Shown here: positions 60,882-64,000 of the stretch, one piece after another
Layout: each line of letters begins with the position of its first letter
How positions within the stretch are numbered: the first letter of the stretch is position 1
DNA from: Leptogorgia sarmentosa
Taxonomy: Eukaryota
Length of the DNA stretch: 64,000 nt
NCBI GenBank assembly: GCA_964658305.1
Contig: OZ210885.1
Coordinates: 13,454,001-13,518,000, forward strand
Reading direction: 5' to 3'
The notes under the pieces: generated by a model
What the model was told of the DNA's origin: nothing
Database searches by the model: none
The model's input: the letters and a program-made list of their open reading frames with translations, nothing else
Position numbers and translations under genes: made by a program

Positions 60882-61132
60882 CAGGGGCAGAGTTTCTGGG
60901 GGACGGGGTGCGGGGAAATTCTTCACCCCTTCAAAAAAAATGCCATCTCCTGTCCCGCCCACAATGTCAATGTACTAACAATAAAGTAGCTATAAAATTA
61001 ACATGTTTCTACGCTTTTTTGCGGCAAATTAACATAGAAAATCAAACACACAAAAATATTTTATTCATGTTCGACACCCTCACTCCCCAATTTTTTGCAT
61101 CTCTCAGTGAAAAACATGAAAATCCGCCCCTG
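60882..61132. mobile_element. Old hAT-like MITE
   Basis: CAGGGGC...GCCCCTG termini, TSD degenerate. Confidence 0.5.
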
Positions 61133-62249
61133 GTAATAAATGTGACCGATACAGCCAACACAAAATTAAAACCCTATGCAGACTAAATTGGGTAATGCTC
61201 AAACTATCCCCGCGAATAATTGGCAGATAACATAGTTTCACGTCTAACAGGAGGTGAGGTGTTACCGTGAGATTACGCCTACGCGGTTGAAGGCGGGGTG
61301 TCATCTACTGTGCTTCTTGTTAAGACAGGTTTATTGATGTAACATAAAAGGTCTTGATCAACTGTTTTAATTTTTTTTCGTAACTTTTGATGATTTCGTC
61401 ACAGAACTCGCCGATGGCTTAGATTATATTCACATATTTTATGCTTTGAAAGGTTTTTAATTGCTATAATCTTGCGTACAGTAGCTTGACGTCGCTTGCT
61501 TTGTTGCATGAATCTTAGACGGGAATTTTGCTGGCAGCGCTAGAGACAGAGCAAATTTCGTTCCTAATTAATATGATGTTTCTTTGATAACGACCGAAGG
61601 AATTAAGCCAACTAGGTGAGCTAGAAAAAATCGTTGTCATACCGCGAGCAAAATTTTGGACCTTCGTTTTGTATTGTATGTTCAGGCAGTTTCTACCACT
61701 GTAACATGCACGGTTTTTGTTTTACAACTCTTGATGAATTTGAGTAGAACTTCCAACAGGCCGATGAAGCAAATAGAGAGGCTAAGATACCCAGGTTACG
61801 GTTTACGGCTACGGCTGCATTTCTCGTTCCAGTACCCGTAAACCGCAACCGGGATATCGTCACCTCTCAAATAACCACAGCTGGCCCAGGTTGTTCGCGC
61901 CCGCCTGAAAATTACTGAAAATAATAGGATGGAGACATTGCGAACAGACGAGGCATATGTCACACAAACTATCCTCGATTTTTCGCATTTAAACGTATCT
62001 CTTTCCAAATTAATCGATATTCCCAGCAAGAAGGATCCCGTGTAACTATCAAAATAATCATGCTTTTTTCAAATAGCGTAAATTCGCTCTAAAATTCTGG
62101 AAGGAATGACAAATTCGGCCAATATATATCCGCGTACCCGCTTTGCTGTGCGATAAGCCGGACGTCGTTGAGCTACTCATTAAATTCAAACCTGATTGGG
62201 CCGCGAATATTTAACAGTTATTCTGCGAACTCGAGTCGTATATGCTATT

Positions 62250-62401
62250 CAGTGGCGTCGCCAGAGTCGATAAGTGGGGTGGACATATTAATATATTCGT
62301 GTTCGCAGACCATAAAAACAATCGATTTCAAAAGAAATTAATTGTGCAAAACACGAATATAGAATATGTCCACCTCACTTATCGAGCTGGCGACGCCACT
62401 G
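62250..62401. mobile_element. hAT-like MITE
   Basis: TIR CAGTGGCGTCGCCAG, 8-bp TSD ATGCTATT. Confidence 0.85.
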
Positions 62402-62761
62402 ATGCTATTTCGGCAATTTCAGAATCATTCCAGAATCTTATTAAAATAAATGCACAATATACCTTCCTTTGAAGTTACTTAAGATTTCGTTGAAATCCAG
62501 CATAAAATAAGGACAATATACTCATTAAAATTGTTAGCTACACGTTCGTTATATTTATAGTTCACAAATCGCAATGACTGCTGCCAAAACACCGGAAGTA
62601 AAATGTGCGTGGCTAAAATAACAAAGGCTCCGACGTCAAATTATCCCTAAACCCACACAGATGTACCTAATAATCAAGTACAACGTCGACGACAAAAGAC
62701 ACGCACATTTTAAAACTCCGCTGCACGGCTATGCCTACGCAGGGAGGTTAAAAGGCTTTCT

Positions 62762-64000
62762 TAGGGCAGTTTATATGATCCCACTCACCCGGGATTCAAT
62801 GAAGCGCAAAATGATTTTGAGGTATTGAAATGAGTCATAATTTATGATTTGAAGAAATGCTAAACTGCTGGTTGCTCAAGATTTTGTTCTGCTGAAATAT
62901 CAAACACGTAAGATGTTGTTGGGCATCAATTTTTGTAAAATATATCTTTTTTGTTGATTTGTACTAAAAGTGTCCTAGTAGTGAGGCGGATATGTGCATG
63001 AATAGTTCCCATTAAGGTTAAAAGCATCAAATTTGGTAGAGAGACGTCTTTTTATGAGTACATCAACATTCAAAAGTGGGGCCATTTTGAAAATGGTGTT
63101 TTGATGAGATAGGAGAATTTTAAAAATGGCGCCCCTTTTAAACCGGAAGTGAGTTATTTAATAATCCTAAATAATACCACATTAAATAATAAAAAATAAA
63201 ATAATACCAAATTTGGTAGAAAGGCTTCTTTTTATGAGTACACCAACTTGCAAAAGTGGAAATCTTGCAAAAATGATATTTTGGACAGTTACGAGAATTT
63301 TAAAAATGGCGCCCATTTTAAACCGGAAGTGAGTTAACTAGTTATCTGTACTGAATTTTATACTGTAGTTAACTAATACTGAATGCTTTGATGAATATGT
63401 GACGTATAACAGTATCAAATGAAACAAAAGTGACACGAATTACAGCTTTCTAATGAAGCCAGAAGATGGTGTTTAATTTCATTGAAAGCGAGGGAAGTAT
63501 ATAACATATCAACAGTACTACTGCTGCTGCTGTTAGGAACAAAAACGCAAGACTAGTACTAGTGACGAAACATTAGTTGTTTCCCATAGTCACTCTTTGT
63601 TGGTGCATTCGTCACTACATGTGCACAATTCGCTACAGGTCAAGTTGACCTTAAAACATGAGCACCTTCCTTGGCAACCTTTCTTGCACCCGCATCGTAC
63701 AAGCTCTCGACATGATTTCGTCACATCTGGAAGTGTTGTCCAGAATGGCTGCCAGCCGTCACATGTCATCACCCATCCCCACTCCTCTGGATTTGGCAAC
63801 TGAGGTCTGACCACCAGACACTGACCCCAGCAATGCCCGGCCTGAAGTGCGGTCCTCTTTGCATGCTCACACAGAGCCGCTAAGGTCGGCGGGATCAGAT
63901 CCAGCGATTTGCCCTTCTTTGAAAACAGTGCCTTCCGTGCATCATTGACTTTCGTCTTATCGCTGGTTCGGTCATACATCAGGATGACAAAACGCTGGAG
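62762..64000 (-). mobile_element. 3' end of an Academ-like DNA transposon
   Basis: Candidate TAGGGCAG terminus, two ~180-bp subterminal direct repeats (63029-63337), transposase C-terminus. Confidence 0.55.
63590..64000 (-). CDS. C-terminus of an Academ-type transposase with Cys-rich (CXC-like) finger; partial
   Basis: IPPT..AL.EH.KR..LQ...W...P.P..WGW followed by CGCKKGC..RCSC....CSELCTC...C. Confidence 0.7.
   Translation of the reverse strand, partial: LQRFVILMYDRTSDKTKVNDARKALFSKKGKSLDLIPPTLAALCEHAKRTALQAGHCWGQCLVVRPQLPNPEEWGWVMTCDGWQPFWTTLPDVTKSCRELVRCGCKKGCQGRCSCFKVNLTCSELCTCSDECTNKE

Overview
AT-rich eukaryotic DNA, most likely from a marine invertebrate; the repeat families suggest a cnidarian, but this is inference. 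About 13.3-56.4 kb is a dense, scrambled cluster of roughly 60-70 tRNA genes and pseudogenes (Gly, Glu, Thr, Ser, Val, Asn, Pro, His, Gln, Leu, Cys, Trp). They sit in repeated cassettes with conserved spacers, in both orientations. Inserted in the cluster is an ~8.75 kb CACTA/EnSpm (CMC)-type DNA transposon (38398-47145). It carries an intact two-exon ~906 aa transposase and, head-to-head with it, a six-exon ~398 aa gene ending in a BEN-like domain that the ORF track does not show. Both ends of the element are arrays of the palindrome TTTCACATGTGAAA. Several tRNA isotypes carry short templated duplications at the canonical 37/38 intron position. Other content: a decayed Hook-family gene with duplicated exons (6.3-11.6 kb), a Gypsy 5' fragment whose primer-binding site matches the local tRNA-Leu(CAA), LINE fragments, a Penelope remnant, many MITEs with target-site duplications (TSDs), a WD40 exon and the 3' end of an Academ-like transposon. 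All calls were made by eye; coordinates may be off by a few bases.
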